DNA of 64,000 nt, from assembly GCF_009914755.1 (NCBI RefSeq), contig NC_060926.1; one strand, 5' to 3'. This document shows positions 41,148 through 56,885 of the stretch, piece by piece; within the stretch, counting starts at the first letter, position 1; every line of letters begins with the position of its first letter. The DNA is from the human T2T-CHM13v2.0 reference genome, Homo sapiens. The position numbers and the translations under genes were made by a program. The notes under the pieces are model-generated. The model was not told where the DNA came from, ran no database searches, and was given only the letters and a program-made list of their open reading frames with translations.

Positions 41148-42592
41148 CTGATCATTAAAGATCAAGAGACTCTCCAGTACCTTAGAAGTTGCCCTCACAT
41201 CCCTGAGGAATTTCAAGATACCAGAGTTTCTGTATCAGAACCCAGTCAGCTATTTTGGGCAGAGAGGACAGGAAAGAAGACCTTCAAAAACATGTCAGAA
41301 AAGATATTCCAGAAAAAAATACAAATGCCTCAATCACCAATCACTTAGATATAAGACCACCATGAAATGAATATAAGGATATATTCATGAAATTAAATTG
41401 TAAATAGCCAGTAGATTAAATAGCTTCATACAATATTACAATGCAAAGTAGAAGGAACTGCTTCCTACTGCTGCAATATTTTCCACAGTAAACAGAAGTT
41501 GGTTATTAGAATGCATTGTATATGTAGATGAGAACCACTGCATAATTACTTAACCCATTGAATTTGTACTGAAGAAACAAAGAAAACATATGGTTTTTGG
41601 TCAGATTGTTTACTGCAATCCAATACTAGAGTAATTTAATAAATACTGCTGAAAAAGAAAATTACAGGACCCAAGGAAAAAACTCCATTATTTTAGGATA
41701 CAATCAAAGACAGCTTTATATTGGCAATTTGTGTCTAGGCAAAAATGTGTGACTCATTTAAAACTTTTAAATGATGTGCTTATGGCGGAGGAAGGTGAGC
41801 TCTTGAAAACAGTAATTTATGTTCATGGTTACTAAAGGTGATTTACAAGACATATAAACAACACCTAACTTAACCTAAGTTGGGGGGGAGCAATTAAATG
41901 AAGGCATTTTTACCTTCTCATTTAGCAGTTCAATAAAGCTGTAATGCCTTAAGGGCTACAATTCCATATAAACTAAAAAGGCAACTTAGAAACTATTTTT
42001 TCATCAGTGCCACCTTCACCTCTTTTTAACCAAACACCCACAACAAAACTAAAGTAGCTCTCTGGAATCTTATTTTTAAAGCCCTGAGCAATTTAAACAT
42101 ATGAAATTCAAACAGATACAGAGGAACAGTGATATAAAACAGAATGAAGTCACATCTGTCATTAATAACAAAGGAAAAAGGATAAGGGCTTTTATTTTTC
42201 CTAGCCAAAAATTCTAACCATTTGCACAAAAATCACCTACATCGATTGATGTTAGTTCTATTTCCTTAAGAACTTGTCTGACCAGCCTATGAGTGGTGAA
42301 GGCCAAGGGAGAAGTGAAATCAGTCAATGGTGAATATCACATTTGGGGAGATGGGGGCAAGAGATGGAATTATTTTTCTAATAACTATAAAACTGTATAG
42401 ATCTTTCAAAATAAAGAGTGACATCAAAACCAGTACAGCTAGCAGTTATTCAAAAAAATTGATATGCTCTACTTACTAAAATAGACTCTTTTAAGGAAAA
42501 TACAGATTGAAAAGTAAAATCAAACAAATTAAATTATTGGCTAAAAAAACTTAAGTCTAACATTGCAAATATCACTATGAGAGAAAATAAGT

Positions 42593-42747
42593 AAAGTTGA
42601 CTCTTGAACAACACAGGTTTGAACTGCACAGATTCACTTAAACACAGACCTTTTCAACCAAATGTGGACAGAAAATACAGTATTGGCCCAATGCAAAATA
42701 TAGGCACTCGTGGAACTGATCTCCCTACATATAGCGAGGGATGACTG
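42593..42747. mobile_element. MER8-like Tigger MITE (internally deleted)
   Basis: TIRs agttgactcttgaacaacacaggtttgaactg / gagggatgactg-ta. Confidence 0.75.
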
Positions 42748-43757
42748 TAATGCATTTCTATGTTACAAAATTTGCACACTTTATTTAGATTTGCAAAGGA
42801 CATTAAGGCTCATAAATACAGTTCACCTATAACCTTTATCATCCACGACTTTATAAATACAGCAAAAAAATTGATGTTACTGCTGGGAGAAGGATGTGTA
42901 GAAAACAATAAAATGATCTGCTATAATCACTTGGCTAATCAGCCTCTGAGCTCTAGCCATTCAAATTAATGGGTCAGCAAAATTACAAGTAAATATCATG
43001 TCCTGTATCTTCAGAATCGCTTAAAAATAGTCCAAACCATTATTATTAAATTAGAAAAGGTCAAGGGTCTACTATAATGCCTATATTTCTACTTTCCCTC
43101 AACTTCTTTGCCCCAAAAAGGGGTAGTATGAATTTTCCTCCCTCTGAAAAATGCACCTCTGAAAATGTGCCTCTCTAATCAGCTATACAACATACCACGT
43201 AGCAATCATCTTTGCTATTCATGACTCTCTTCCTCTCACCTCAGAAGAATATAGGGCTTGGTCTGTCCAAGATGTTTCAAAATCAAATTCGGCGTTAAAG
43301 CTTTTTTATGGTCACCAATATCAATTTACCATGTGATGGGAGCAAAGCAGTACCAGGAGTCAAATTGAAAATTTTAAAAGCTGAAAGTAGATTATACATT
43401 TCCCTCTTATTCAAAGCTCTCCCACCAAACCTGATGTTCACCAGTGGTACTATCAGCATAAGGTGTGCTCTGTTTACTCTACATATCTGTACTCCCTCCT
43501 CCATGCATATCCATCACCAACTTCCACACACACAACTTCTTATCTATTCCCTTAGCCAGGTTCTCTTCTCAGAACTTTGGCAGAAAGGACAATAGCTTTA
43601 ATGTATCAGAGCATCAAATAAATGGACAATATACAAAAACTGCGTAAAGTTAGTAAAAACACTACCATCAACTCTATACTCATGTCTACGTCTTTCAAGT
43701 CTGTCCCTTCCTTTCTATTTTGAGGCCTCTAACATGGACTGTTAAAACAATGCATTC

Positions 43758-43900
43758 TCTGGGCATGGTGGCGCATGACTGTAGTTTCAGCTATTGCTTG
43801 CGAGACTGAGACAGTAGGACTGCTTGAGCTTAGAAATTTGAGACCACCCTGGGCAACAAACATCATGAGATCCAGCTTCTAAATAAATAAATAAACAAAA
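43758..43900 (+). mobile_element. Alu monomer (FLAM-like)
   Basis: Diverged single arm with a TAAA tail. Confidence 0.8.
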
Positions 43901-45929
43901 CAATGTTTTCACTAATCACCCATCTTATAGTCTTCTTCAAATCTAATACATTTCCTGAAACACTTACGAAGCTATACACTTGCCAGCATAAAAATCATCA
44001 ATACATTCTACTACTCATAAAAATAATTCTGTATTTGCATCCTGATATCTATATAACCTGACCCAAACTATCTCTAGAGCTTCTATCCCTCTCTGATATA
44101 TGACTAATTTTATATACCATTCATCTGGCCACTTATCACATGCTGTTTTTCATATCCCAAGTATACATAATTTCCAATTTTTTTTCTAAGCAAATGAAAG
44201 GGCCCAAGAATCCTGGGCCGGGCTAGGCTTCCTGAGCACACAGAGTGGGCACATTGGGCTAGCTGCCAAATCAAGGGTCAGCAAGAAACATCAACTCCAA
44301 AGGAGCAGGGAGAGATTTAAAAACTCGGGCTGAAGCAGAGGTGAACAATTTAAGATAAGGAGATTCAAGAAGTAGGGGCAAAAGAGACTCTATTGGTAGC
44401 TGCATACAGTAGAAACTTGGGCTCTAAAGAAAAAATAATCATAATGTTGGTTCACTGTCCCCTCCCAGGTGGCCTAATAAGACTGTAAAGGTGAAGATCT
44501 TAGAATTTTCCTAAATGAAGAAATAAATTGATGTAATTATAAAATGATATATTTTTAGAATAGTAATTTCACTTGGGATCTATCCTTCAGAACTATTCAC
44601 ATAAGTTTGCAAAAGAATAACGTGAATGTTCTGTGTAACAATGTTCACTTCAGAATTGTTTATAACAATATTATAAGGAACTATTAACCAATGATATATC
44701 CATATAATGAAATCTGTATAGCTGCTAAAAAATAAAGTATCAATATTGACAAGGAAAGATGAAAAAATTATATCAAAGATCAAATTAAATCATCAAGGAA
44801 GTATATACAGAATTATTCTACTTGTGGGAAAAAATTAACAACAATTTACATTAAGATATATTCAAGAATAAAAACAAACTTGGAGGCATATGCTCCAAAA
44901 CTGACAGTAGATGTCATAGGATTTCACTTTCTACATTATATCTATCATATTTTAATTACTGAAAACGAATACTGTACAACATACATGTGCTACACATATA
45001 ATCAGGAGAAGAAAAGCATATGTCCTTTCTGATTTTAAAAACAAGGAAAAGCAGTTACTTCTGGAGACTGGGAACAGGGGCAAACATGATATTTTATTTT
45101 GAACCTTAATTATTTCCTATTTTGTTTAAAATACGCATACATCATTTAGAATTTTTATATATTACATATACATTTTGTAACATGTATTACAAAGTTACAA
45201 TTAATTTTTTTAAGTAATAGCATTTGTTTGGTCATTTATAATCAAAAGGAGTGCAAAACTGATAAAACCAAAACTGTCTACTCATAAGGTATAAGGGAAA
45301 GGGGTGTAAACACATAATTAAATCATAACTTTATATGTACTATAGAATGACCCTCATTTTTTCTAAAACACAAGTTTTTGTACCTAAATTGCATACAGTT
45401 AAATCTACTATAAGGGAATGCTTTTTGCTAGCAAGTAGATGACTACTGATTATATCAAACAACAGTGGCTGGCATAACTAGCATAGGTTTTCCTTTGCTT
45501 TGACAAATCAAGAAAAGAATTTTGTTTAGGTGATTCTGCACTGCATATATTAAAACAACTGGTATAAAGACAATAAGATTGCTGAAATCTACTTAAAAGG
45601 CTGTGCTTCTTCCTCTATCATCATTCTTACCTTTGAAAAAGAAAAGGCCATATGAAATGAAATACTGAATTCTCAATGATGTTCCCTCCAGCTTTGCATC
45701 CTTCTAAGTCCAGCTTAAGTTAAGTGGCCACTTCCTGGCTCTACCTGGCAGAGGATAGATAAGGCCCCTTCACACTCCTGAGGTGGAAGGAGGAAGCTAG
45801 ATAATATTCCCTCACCAAGAATACACAGAATAGGGAAAAGTCAGTTGCGTGCAAAGAAATTCATTTGTTATTAGGACAAAGAGGTAAGGGCAGCCGTCCC
45901 TTCCCTTAGCCTCCCTTCCTCCTCCCCAC

Positions 45930-45930
<1 letters not shown>

Positions 45931-45969
<39 letters not shown>

Positions 45970-45980
45970 CTCTCTCTCTC
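45931..45980 (+). repeat. (AC)18(TC)7 compound microsatellite
   Basis: Read directly from the sequence. Confidence 0.95.
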
Positions 45981-46499
45981 TTTCTCTCACTACACTAAAG
46001 TTTCTTAGAATATCACTTTATGGTAGAACAGAGTGTACAAACATAACACTATGAGAACAATCGAGGAAGTAAGTTCTCTAACAACAGAACCCACTAAGTT
46101 CATTATCTGAGGGTAAACCCCTTACCTAAATCATCCTGGTAGAACCACCATGATTAGCCCAGCTTAAAAAACAAACATTTTAGAAATACATTATTGATAA
46201 CTCCATACATCACATCATTCTAAGCCAAAATCATCCTATCATTGTTTTAATGCAGAACTCTAGAAAATTATATTTGAATCATTTGTACATATCATATCCA
46301 AAACTGGTATTTAAAATGAAAAATTCCTCATATTTAAAAATCAGAATAATACATAGTCACTTTTTTAAAAGCAAAGGGTCTAAAATGAAAAATAAAAATC
46401 ACCCATTTCTCCCTCCACCCCAGTTCTATTTTTCAGAAATCTATCAATAGTATAATGTATCTTTTTCAAATTTTTTTCTATGCTTATAGTACAGGGCTT

Positions 46500-46751
46500 G
46501 GCTGTCCAATACTGTAGCAAATAGCCACAAGATATTAAGTACCATTAAGTTATTAAGAAGTACTTGAAATATGGCTAGTCCATACTGACATACTGACATA
46601 TTGAAATAATATTTTTGGTTACATTAAATATTATTAAAATTGATTTCACCTGTTTCTTTTTAACTTTTTTAATGTGGCTATCAGAAAAATTTTAAATTAC
46701 ATATGTAGCTCACATTTATGGCTTTTATTATATTTCCATTGGTCAGCACTG
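46500..46751. mobile_element. MER3/MER33-type hAT-Charlie MITE
   Basis: gctgtccaatactgtagc...tttccattggtcagcactg termini. Confidence 0.75.
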
Positions 46752-46815
46752 GTACAAAGGCAAACAGTGCTGTTTTTAGAGTCAGACTTGCCTTATTGAG
46801 TACTATTCCCAACTA

Positions 46816-47735
46816 CAGACATGAGTTGCTTAATAATGGGGACACATCTGAGAAATGCATCTTCAGGCAATTTCATCATTATGTGAACATCATAGAGGGT
46901 ACTTACACAAACCTAGATGGTATAACCTACTACACACCTAGGCTAAATGGTATAGCCTATTGCTCCTAGGCTACAAACCTGTATAGCATGTTACTATACT
47001 GAATACTGAAAGCACTTGTAACACAATGGTAAGTATTTGTGTATCTAAACATATTTAAATATAAAGTACAGTAAAAATGCAGTATAAAAGACAAAAAAAA
47101 TCATACATCTGTATAGGGCACTTGCCATGAATGAAACTTACAGACTAGAAGTTGCTCTGGCTAAGTCAGTGATTGAGTGGTGAGTGAATGTGAATGACTG
47201 GAACATTGCCATAGACAGGTGTAGACTTTATAAACCATGTACATTTAGGCTATTCTAAATTTATGTTAATTTTTTTCTTCAATAATCAATTAGCCTTAGC
47301 TTACCATAACTTTTTACTTTATAAACTTTTTAATTTTTTTAACGTTTGGACTCTTGTAATAACAATTAGCTTAAATCACAAACACATTGTACAACTGTAT
47401 AAAAATATTTTCTTTATATTATCTATAAGCTTTTTTCCATTTTTTAAATTTTATTTTTATTTTTAAACCTTTTTGTTAAAAACTAAGACACAAATACACA
47501 CAGTAGCCTAAGCTTACACAGGGTGAGGATCATCAGTGTCACTGTCTTCCACCTCCACATCTTGTCCCACTGGAAGGTCTTCAGGGGCAATAACACCCAT
47601 GGAGCTGTCATCTCCTATGATAACAATGGCTTCTTCTGGATAGCTCCGGAAGGACCTGCCTGAGGCTGTTTTACAGTTAACTTTTCTTTTTAATAACTAG
47701 AAAGAGTACACTCTAACGAGAAAAAGTATAGTGAC
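46816..47735 (+). mobile_element. Tigger3 (Golem/MER7-type) DNA transposon, 3'-truncated
   Basis: ta-cagacatgagttgcttaataatggggacacatctgagaaatgc...acttacacaaacctagatggtata. Confidence 0.85.
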
Positions 47736-48808
47736 TGAAATTCACACAAAAAGTTCAAAATAAATCCACAGGCAGAAAATTTAACTACAACAATTGGTGA
47801 CCAGAACTCAGGAAAGAATAGGGCAATATATTCCCTACTCCCACCATCACCGTCAAACACACATACACACATACATGCACATGCAAACTTAGCTGAAAAT
47901 AAATTATATTTGAAATTTTGTTTTCCACAACTATAACTAATTATATACCAGTCCCATATATGAGACCCTCCTACTATACGTTTCTAAACCAGGAAGAAAA
48001 CTGTCCCATAGCTCAGAAAGCAACACTCTTGCTTCTAGTCTCCAAGGTCATATCTCTAAGTACCTATTGAGAAACCTTAACAAGTTTTATCTGTGAATAG
48101 CCTGACAGTAGGTATAGTGATACTGCCAAAGGTGCTATGCTTCAAATAACACACAAATGTCTTAGATTCCTGTTGAAATGTAACTTCAAAACTTCTAACG
48201 ACAGCTTTAAAAAGTTAAGAATCTTTACTCAGTGATCTTTATGTGTCAAAAGAAAAAAAAAAGGCTAAGGATTTGGTGAAATCAATAGCTTCATCATATT
48301 CAAATATTTAAAAATCCAGCAATAGTAAGTTATATTGCTTCCAAAAACTGGCGAAGTCATATTGGCTCAATGAGCCCTAGAGAAAAAGTTAGTGGTTTTT
48401 CCAAATAACGCACCCTGCTTTCAGATAAGTTACTGTATGTATGAATTTAAAAAGAATTTGCTTCCTATAAAATGATTGCTGTTTCCTTCTCCTGTATTTA
48501 ATCTTTGGCAGGCCGTTTTATCTGAGCATGATTCTGTTTACTGAAGATGAAAGAGAAAAATCTATCATAAAAGTTTTTTAAAAAGGGTATTCATTAGCAA
48601 TGTCATTTGTAATTTTTTAAAAGTACATGTGAATGTACTTAATGCCACTGAACTCTATACTTAAAAATTATTAAGTAGCAAATTTTATGTTATGTATATA
48701 TTACCATAATTTTTTTAAATATAAAAAATGAAAAAAAGTGTTGAAATTTAAAACCTACTTTCACCAAAAAAAAAACCCAACAATGCATCATTAAAAACAA
48801 TAAAGCAA

Positions 48809-49114
<306 letters not shown>

Positions 49115-49494
49115 CTAACTAAGCAAAGTGCTATAAAAATATTCATTATTATAACTGTAAGTTGCACTTAGTAGTTTGGTCAGGTAGGCCTCTTGGTTGC
49201 CCTAGGGTTATATCTTAACCTAAGATCCTGCCTCTCAAACTGGGACTGCTGGAAATACAGAAAACAAAAAACCATGAGATTCTAAAAACTTTTCCTTGAA
49301 GTAAAGTGTGTGGCACTACACCACGTACCAAAAGTCATCATGTTCCTTATCCTTTGTGGTTAGGGCCCTTGGGTGGAAAAATTTAACAAACACAAGAGTC
49401 TTGCCATTTTCATATTATCCTGTATTTTCCAGACATTTTATATGTTTCAGAAATAGGCAGCTCTGCCCGTTAGTTCAAAATTTAGTTTGGTTTA

Positions 49495-49819
<325 letters not shown>

Positions 49820-50740
49820 GAATTTTTAAAAAGCAAACTTCGGAAGAAAATAAGAGCAATATTTCCAAAACAACAAGAATGAAAAGAACATTCTGGTATT
49901 TAAAGACACCTAAAAGATCCATAAAAGAATGTGAGTAGAAGGGAGCTTTTGGGGTGATGAAAGTGTTCTGTAGCCATACTCTTGTGGTGGTTTTATGAAT
50001 CTATAAGCATGTTAAATTCATAGAACTGTAAACCCAGAATGTTACGTTACTGTATGACAATTTGTAAAATAAAATATGTAAACTCCTGAACTTTACAAAT
50101 ATTTTTAAATGCTTTACATAACAAATTTACTAATAAACTCGTCAATAAATACTTCAGTTCATCCTTGAACTTAGGTTTGAATTTCAAGGATTTGAATTTC
50201 AAGGATTCACTTACACACAGACTTTTTTTCAATAACTATAATGGAAAATTTTTTGAAGATTTGCAACAATTTGAAAAAACTTGTAGATGAAACATGTAGC
50301 CTAGAAATATGGAAAAAAATAAGAAAAAACTAGGTATGCCATGCATGCATAAAATATACATAGATACTTGTCAATTTTATCACTTACTACTGTAAAATAT
50401 ATACAACTCTATTATAAAAAGTTAAAATTTATCAAAACTTAGACACACTTACAGACCATACATGGAACCATTCACATTTAAGGGAAATGTAAATAAACTA
50501 AAAATGCCATATAAAATCATAACTGCATAAAGTTAACTGTAGTCCATATTGTACTACCATAATTATTTCACAGCCACCTCCGGTTGCTATTGGGATAAGC
50601 TTGAGTGTTCCAAGTATCCTTATCTTAAAACACTGTGAGACATTAATCATCATCACATGAGCAGTTCATTTCTCCAGTAAATCGTGTATTGCTGTAAAAA
50701 GTAATCCCTTGAGGTTCCTGCATATTAATATTTTTCATCA

Positions 50741-51085
<345 letters not shown>

Positions 51086-51301
51086 ATAACATTATGGGAC
51101 CTATACAAAGTGCTATTAGTGATGCTGGAAATGCTCCCAAGAAGCAGAGAAGAGAAAAGTCATTGACAATACAAGAAAAAGGTGAACTGCTTGATATGGA
51201 CTATAGACTGAGGTCTGCACCTGGGGTTACTGCCATTTCAGACAAACAATTAATCTTGTGAATAGATGACAGTATCAATAAAATACAGTATAGTACTGTA
51301 A

Positions 51302-51603
<302 letters not shown>

Positions 51604-51993
51604 ATGATTTTCTTGAAAACATTTTCTTTTCTCTAGCTTACTTTATTGTAAGAATATAGAATATAAATATATAACATACAAGATGTGTGTTAATAGTTTA
51701 TATTACTTGTAAGGCTTCCAGTCAGCAGTAGGCTATTTGTAGTTAAGTTTTTGGGGAGTTAAAAGTTATATCCGAATTTCAACTGTGCAAGGGTCAGCTC
51801 CCCTAACCCCAGTATGTTCAAGGGTCAACTGTATTTTGGAATCAAGTTTAACAAATTCTGTAACTGAAAATATTTTGTACTTCCAAGACTGATGTATCAG
51901 AGAGAAATAATTTCACTACAATTGCACCAAAACCCAAAGTTCTTCATAAAATGTTAAGGCTCAAAAATAATCAGGTTTTATTTTTCCTTTCAA

Positions 51994-52121
51994 TTTTTTT
52001 TTCTAGAGATGAGATCTCACTATGTTGCCCAGGCTGCTCTCGCACTCCTGGGCTCAACTAATCCACTCGCCTCAGCCTCCCAAAGTGCTAGGATTACAGG
52101 TATGAGCCACTATACCCAGCC
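51994..52121 (-). mobile_element. Alu monomer (FLAM_C-like)
   Basis: Single reverse arm. Confidence 0.85.
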
Positions 52122-52274
52122 CTATTTTCATTTTTAAATCAATACAAATAGCTGCACCAACCTGCTAATTATTATCTAAAAATATGACATTATTTCCAAC
52201 GCTTACAGTGCTGAAACAGAGTACAAGCAAAGCTCCCCTAAAAGGAAAAGTATAAGAAAAGTTTTCTTTCCCAC

Positions 52275-52600
52275 TTTTTTTGCTTTAATGAGGTGAAAGT
52301 GACATACAACAAAATGTGCAAAAAGTGTACAGTCAGAGGTATACATGTCTTGACATATGCATACACCTGTGAAACCATCGCTACAAACAAGATTATGAGC
52401 ATATCCACCACCCCCAAGAGTTTCCTCACAGCCCTTTATAATCCCTCTCTCTGCCCCTCCCCCAGGCTACCGTGATCTGCTTTCTAATTAGTATGCATTT
52501 TCTAGAATCTTATATAAATGGAATCATAGTATACGCTCTTTTTTTGGACTGCCTTCTTCCACTCAGCATAATTATTTTGAGATTCATCCATATTATTGTG
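52275..52600 (-). mobile_element. L1ME-type 3'UTR fragment
   Basis: tctagaatcttatataaatggaatcatagtat...cactcagcataattattttgagattcatcca. Confidence 0.8.
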
Positions 52601-52756
52601 TATAGAAAAATTTTTAATGCTGCATCTACCTGCTATATAAAATTAGTCCACATTTGCTGCAAACTGGGCTTACACACAAGATGAGAATCTTCAATTAGCT
52701 ATATGTGAAGCTTCACCTAGACAGCAGATTATTAGGTCATTCTTGAATCAGTATTC

Positions 52757-52931
52757 TCTTTCTTTTTTTTTTAAAGAAGCAAAGTCTCCCTGTGTTGCCC
52801 AGGCTACAGTGCAGTGGCTAGTCACAGACACAATCATAACACATTACAACCTCAACTACTGGGCTCAAACAATCCTCGGGCCTCAGCCTTCTGAGTAGCT
52901 AGGATTACCAGCATGTGCCACTGCAACTGGC
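52757..52931 (-). mobile_element. FAM (fossil Alu monomer)
   Basis: Monomer retaining the 7SL-derived segment gtggctagtcacagacacaatcataacacattacaacc. Confidence 0.8.
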
Positions 52932-53558
52932 TTTGAATTTTTTTTTTCAGCTCCTTACTATCAATGAAGAACCAATATTTTTTTGGAAAAGTATTCCAAG
53001 GATTTAAACTAGGGCAAGAAAAATAAGTGACCCTCCGATAAATGAAGACTGATTCTGTTTTCAAATTAAATTTAATAAGCAGACATTCATTTGTACTGTA
53101 AAAACACTTCTCACAAAGCTTTCCTGATGAAAAAAAAACCACCAGAATTAAAAGATGAGCTCTTGTAATTCCTCATGCAAATTCTGACAGTTGTTATGTT
53201 TATTAAGTGTCAAAATAAGACCTAACTTTCACCTCAGCAGCACTTGTTTAGTGAAAGATAAACTCCCGTTTATATAGCTGAATCCATAGTTACGAGTTAG
53301 CATACAGTAACTTCAAAAATATACTTTAAAAAACTACAGTAACTCCAGATCTGCACATATTCAAACAAGAAAATAATCTTTCATTATTTCTACTATCTTG
53401 CATGTCCTCATTAGTACACTTTGCAAACAAACCTACTGAAAATAAAACTTCAGCGAAAACTCTAAATGACTAATGGGGGTAAGGATCTGAAATACCTTTA
53501 CATTAGGCAGCAAACCCCAGGGGTGGGAGGGGACATTATTTGGGGGTAAACAAACTAA

Positions 53559-53885
<327 letters not shown>

Positions 53886-53924
53886 AAATACATGTTGTGT
53901 GTGAAAGAAGCTTTACACATTACT

Positions 53925-54058
53925 GGCCGGACACGGTGGCTCATGACTGTAATCCCAGCACTTTGGCAGGCCAAGGCGGAGGACTGCTTGAGTCCAGGAG
54001 TTCAAGACCAGCCCGGATAACATAGCAAGACCCTGACTCTTTAAAAAAAAAAAAAAAA
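53925..54058 (+). mobile_element. Alu monomer (FLAM_C-like)
   Basis: Single left arm with an A-tail. Confidence 0.88.
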
Positions 54059-54188
54059 GTATTCTAAGTATTCTATATTGTTTATGCTCATACATCATCT
54101 AGGGAAATCATTATCAGTATCTTGGAAATATAGTTTTATACAAAATGAAAATTCAAACTATTGGCAACTTACTCCATTTTTATTTCCC

Positions 54189-54475
54189 TTTTTTTTTTTT
54201 TGCGATGGGTCTCACTCTGCCACCCAGGTTGGAGTGCAGTGGCGCAATGTTGGCTCACTGCAACTTCTGCCTCACAGGCTCAAGCAGCCCTCCCAATCCA
54301 GCCTCGAGTAGCTGAGACCACAGGCACATGCCACCATACCCAGCTAATTTTTTGTATTTTTGGTAGAGACAGGAGTCTAACCATGTTGCCCAGACTGGTC
54401 TTGAACTCAAGCAATCTGCCTGTCCCAGTCTCCCAAAATGCTGGGGTTACAGGCATGAGCCACCGTGCTCAGCCC
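54189..54475 (-). mobile_element. Alu (AluJ-type)
   Basis: Reverse diverged dimer. Confidence 0.92.
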
Positions 54476-54602
54476 ATTTTGATTGGTTAAAACATTAAAA
54501 GTGCAACTCAACTGAATACTGTAATTGCAAAATAAGCTACTGGAACAATTTCATCTGCCTCCATCCCCACCTCAACTGTCCATTTAAAATCCTTTATATT
54601 TA

Positions 54603-54899
54603 GGCTGGGCACAGTGGCTCACACCTGTAATCTCAGCACTTTGGGAGGCTGAGGTGGGCATATCACTTGAGGTGAGGAGTTCAGGACCAGCCTGGCCAAC
54701 ATGGTGAAATCCCGTCTCTACTAAAAATACAAAAAGTAGCCTGGTGTGGTGGTGTGCCTCTGTAATCCCAGGTATTGGAGAGGTTGAGGCACGAGAATTG
54801 CTAGAACCTGGGAGGTGGAGGTTTCAGTGAGCCGAGATGATGCCACTGCACTCCAGCCTGGGAGACAGAGCAAGACTCCATCTCAAATAAATAAATAAA
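54603..54899 (+). mobile_element. Alu (AluSx/Sz-type)
   Basis: Full dimer; TSD-like taaaatccttta(t/g)attta. Confidence 0.95.
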
Positions 54900-54959
54900 A
54901 TCCTTTAGATTTAAGCCATTTGAGATGGATATCTTTAATATGGTGAACTTAATCACATC

Positions 54960-55380
54960 CCTAACTATATCCCTGGGCTCTTTTCCATCGCTCCTACTCC
55001 TCATCATTCATTCTAACCACCATGGCAGTTCTTAAGGCAGCAGGCTCCTTTCTACCATAGGGCCTTGAAACAAACCATTTACTCTGAATAATAATCTTTC
55101 CTTTCCTCCTTTTGCTAACTTAGTTCCCATTCAGCTTTTACCTCTCAGCATCACTGTCACCTCCTCAAGGTAACACTGCATACTCACACACATATTCCTT
55201 TCTCCTTGTACACAACTAGAAAGACATCTAATATTTATGTGACCATTTTATTCAATGTCTGTATCCTCCACTGTATTATAAGCTCATGAGAAAAATGGTC
55301 ACATCTGTTTTTACTTACCAATACATCCCTCAGCATCTAGCACACTTATAAGAGTCAAATCAGTCAAATGAATAAGATAG
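54960..55380 (+). mobile_element. L2 3' fragment
   Basis: ttattcaatgtctgtatcctccactgtattataagctcatgag...cagcatctagcaca. Confidence 0.7.
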
Positions 55381-55846
55381 AGTGATTTAAAGATTTAAAG
55401 CCAAAGCAAATCCACCAAGATGAGTATTTGCATTTTAAACAAGTATATGTGTTTGCAACAATGTATATATTTTACATATTTCTAATAGCCAAGGGAAGTA
55501 AACAAGGTGAGGCAAAAGTTAATTTTTAAAAATTAATCAAATTAATGGAGAGAAACATGATATTAATAAATTAAAATTCAGTGATAAACTAAAACTTCTC
55601 ATTAACAATTTTTTCTGTCCCCTAACTTTCGGATGTTCTAATAGAAAGCTGAAAAGTACTCTAAACACTAACATATATCTGACTGTTGAAATTAAAGAAT
55701 TATCAATTTTCATAGCCTCAAAGTAATCCATAATCTTTCTAATCTCTACAAGTCTTTTTTTCTGACTATAAATCTAAGGATTTTTTAAAAATTCTGATTA
55801 TAAATGTATCATTCAGTGCTTTATGTACTATACAATGATATATACA

Positions 55847-55988
55847 CTGTATTTCATCAATTCTAAGATGCGTATTTTGGCACTTTCACATTCTGAGATC
55901 AATCATACTAAGAGAGCATAGTATCTACTTTAATTGGATTTTCTTTCCTTCCTTAATGATGGTATCTTTAGCCTGACTTAAATACAAT
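55847..55988. mobile_element. MER104-like Tc2 MITE
   Basis: ctgtatttcatcaattctaagatgc ... gatggtatctttag..aaatac. Confidence 0.6.
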
Positions 55989-56810
55989 ATAGTATGTATG
56001 CTCCTCACCAAATTCATTTCCCCCCCACAAGGGTTAGAAAATCACATCAAATGAATATTATGTAAGAAACAACAAAACCAGAGATATTTTTATTACCAAC
56101 ATCATCAGGACCTTACCATCATCCTAAATTGCTCCAGCTTGGAAAATTTTAAGTCAAATATCCCTCCCTAACCACACGACAGCCTTACACTCAACCTACC
56201 TGTTCTGAAACCTTATCAGGGAATCAGATCCATAAGCCTTCCATTTTTCAGTGCTCTCCTATTTTCACTCCCACTCTATTTTAAGTTCTTTTCCACCCAT
56301 CAACTCACTTTCTCATACCCAAATCTTCAGTTCTCTTGCCCCGATCCTTCTGTCACGTGTGTCCTATCAATTCTACTTTCTGACAGACACCTATCAGGAT
56401 GCCCCAACTACAAAATTTTTTAAATTGTCCCAAACTGAACTCATCATCATCTCTCTCAATACTTGCTGCTTTTTCTGTGTTTAACGTTTCAACAAATGGT
56501 ATCACAATTCATTCAAGTGACCTGGTCCAGAAATCCAGGAGTCACACTTCACTCCACCTTCTCTATGAAATCCTCACATCAGTCACCAAAACCAGAAGAA
56601 AACCAGTCAGGAAAACAGACGTTCTGCCAATGTACAGGCTTTAGTTAAAACTTCTCTACAAAACTGGATCACTTCCCCATCACAGCCTCATTCTTTTATC
56701 TAGACTTCCCAGAGGTCTCACCATACCTTCACTCAAATTTAAACTACCTAGATCAATGCTTCTCAAATTGTCTGTCATGGGGTTTTGTAAAATACAATAC
56801 AAATGAATTA

Positions 56811-56885
56811 TATGGTTGGTACAAAAGTAATTGCAGTTTTGGGCATTATGTTGGCAAAATTGCAATTACTTTTGCACCAACCTGA
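56811..56885. mobile_element. MADE1 (Hsmar1 mariner MITE)
   Basis: Arms GGTTGGTACAAAAGTAATTGCAGTTTTG (56814-56841) and CAAAATTGCAATTACTTTTGCACCAACC (56855-56882) are 26/28 complementary. Confidence 0.93.

Noticed and set aside
50177-50207. 15-bp tandem duplication TTTGAATTTCAAGGA
   Set aside because: A small post-insertion duplication inside the Tigger2 end.
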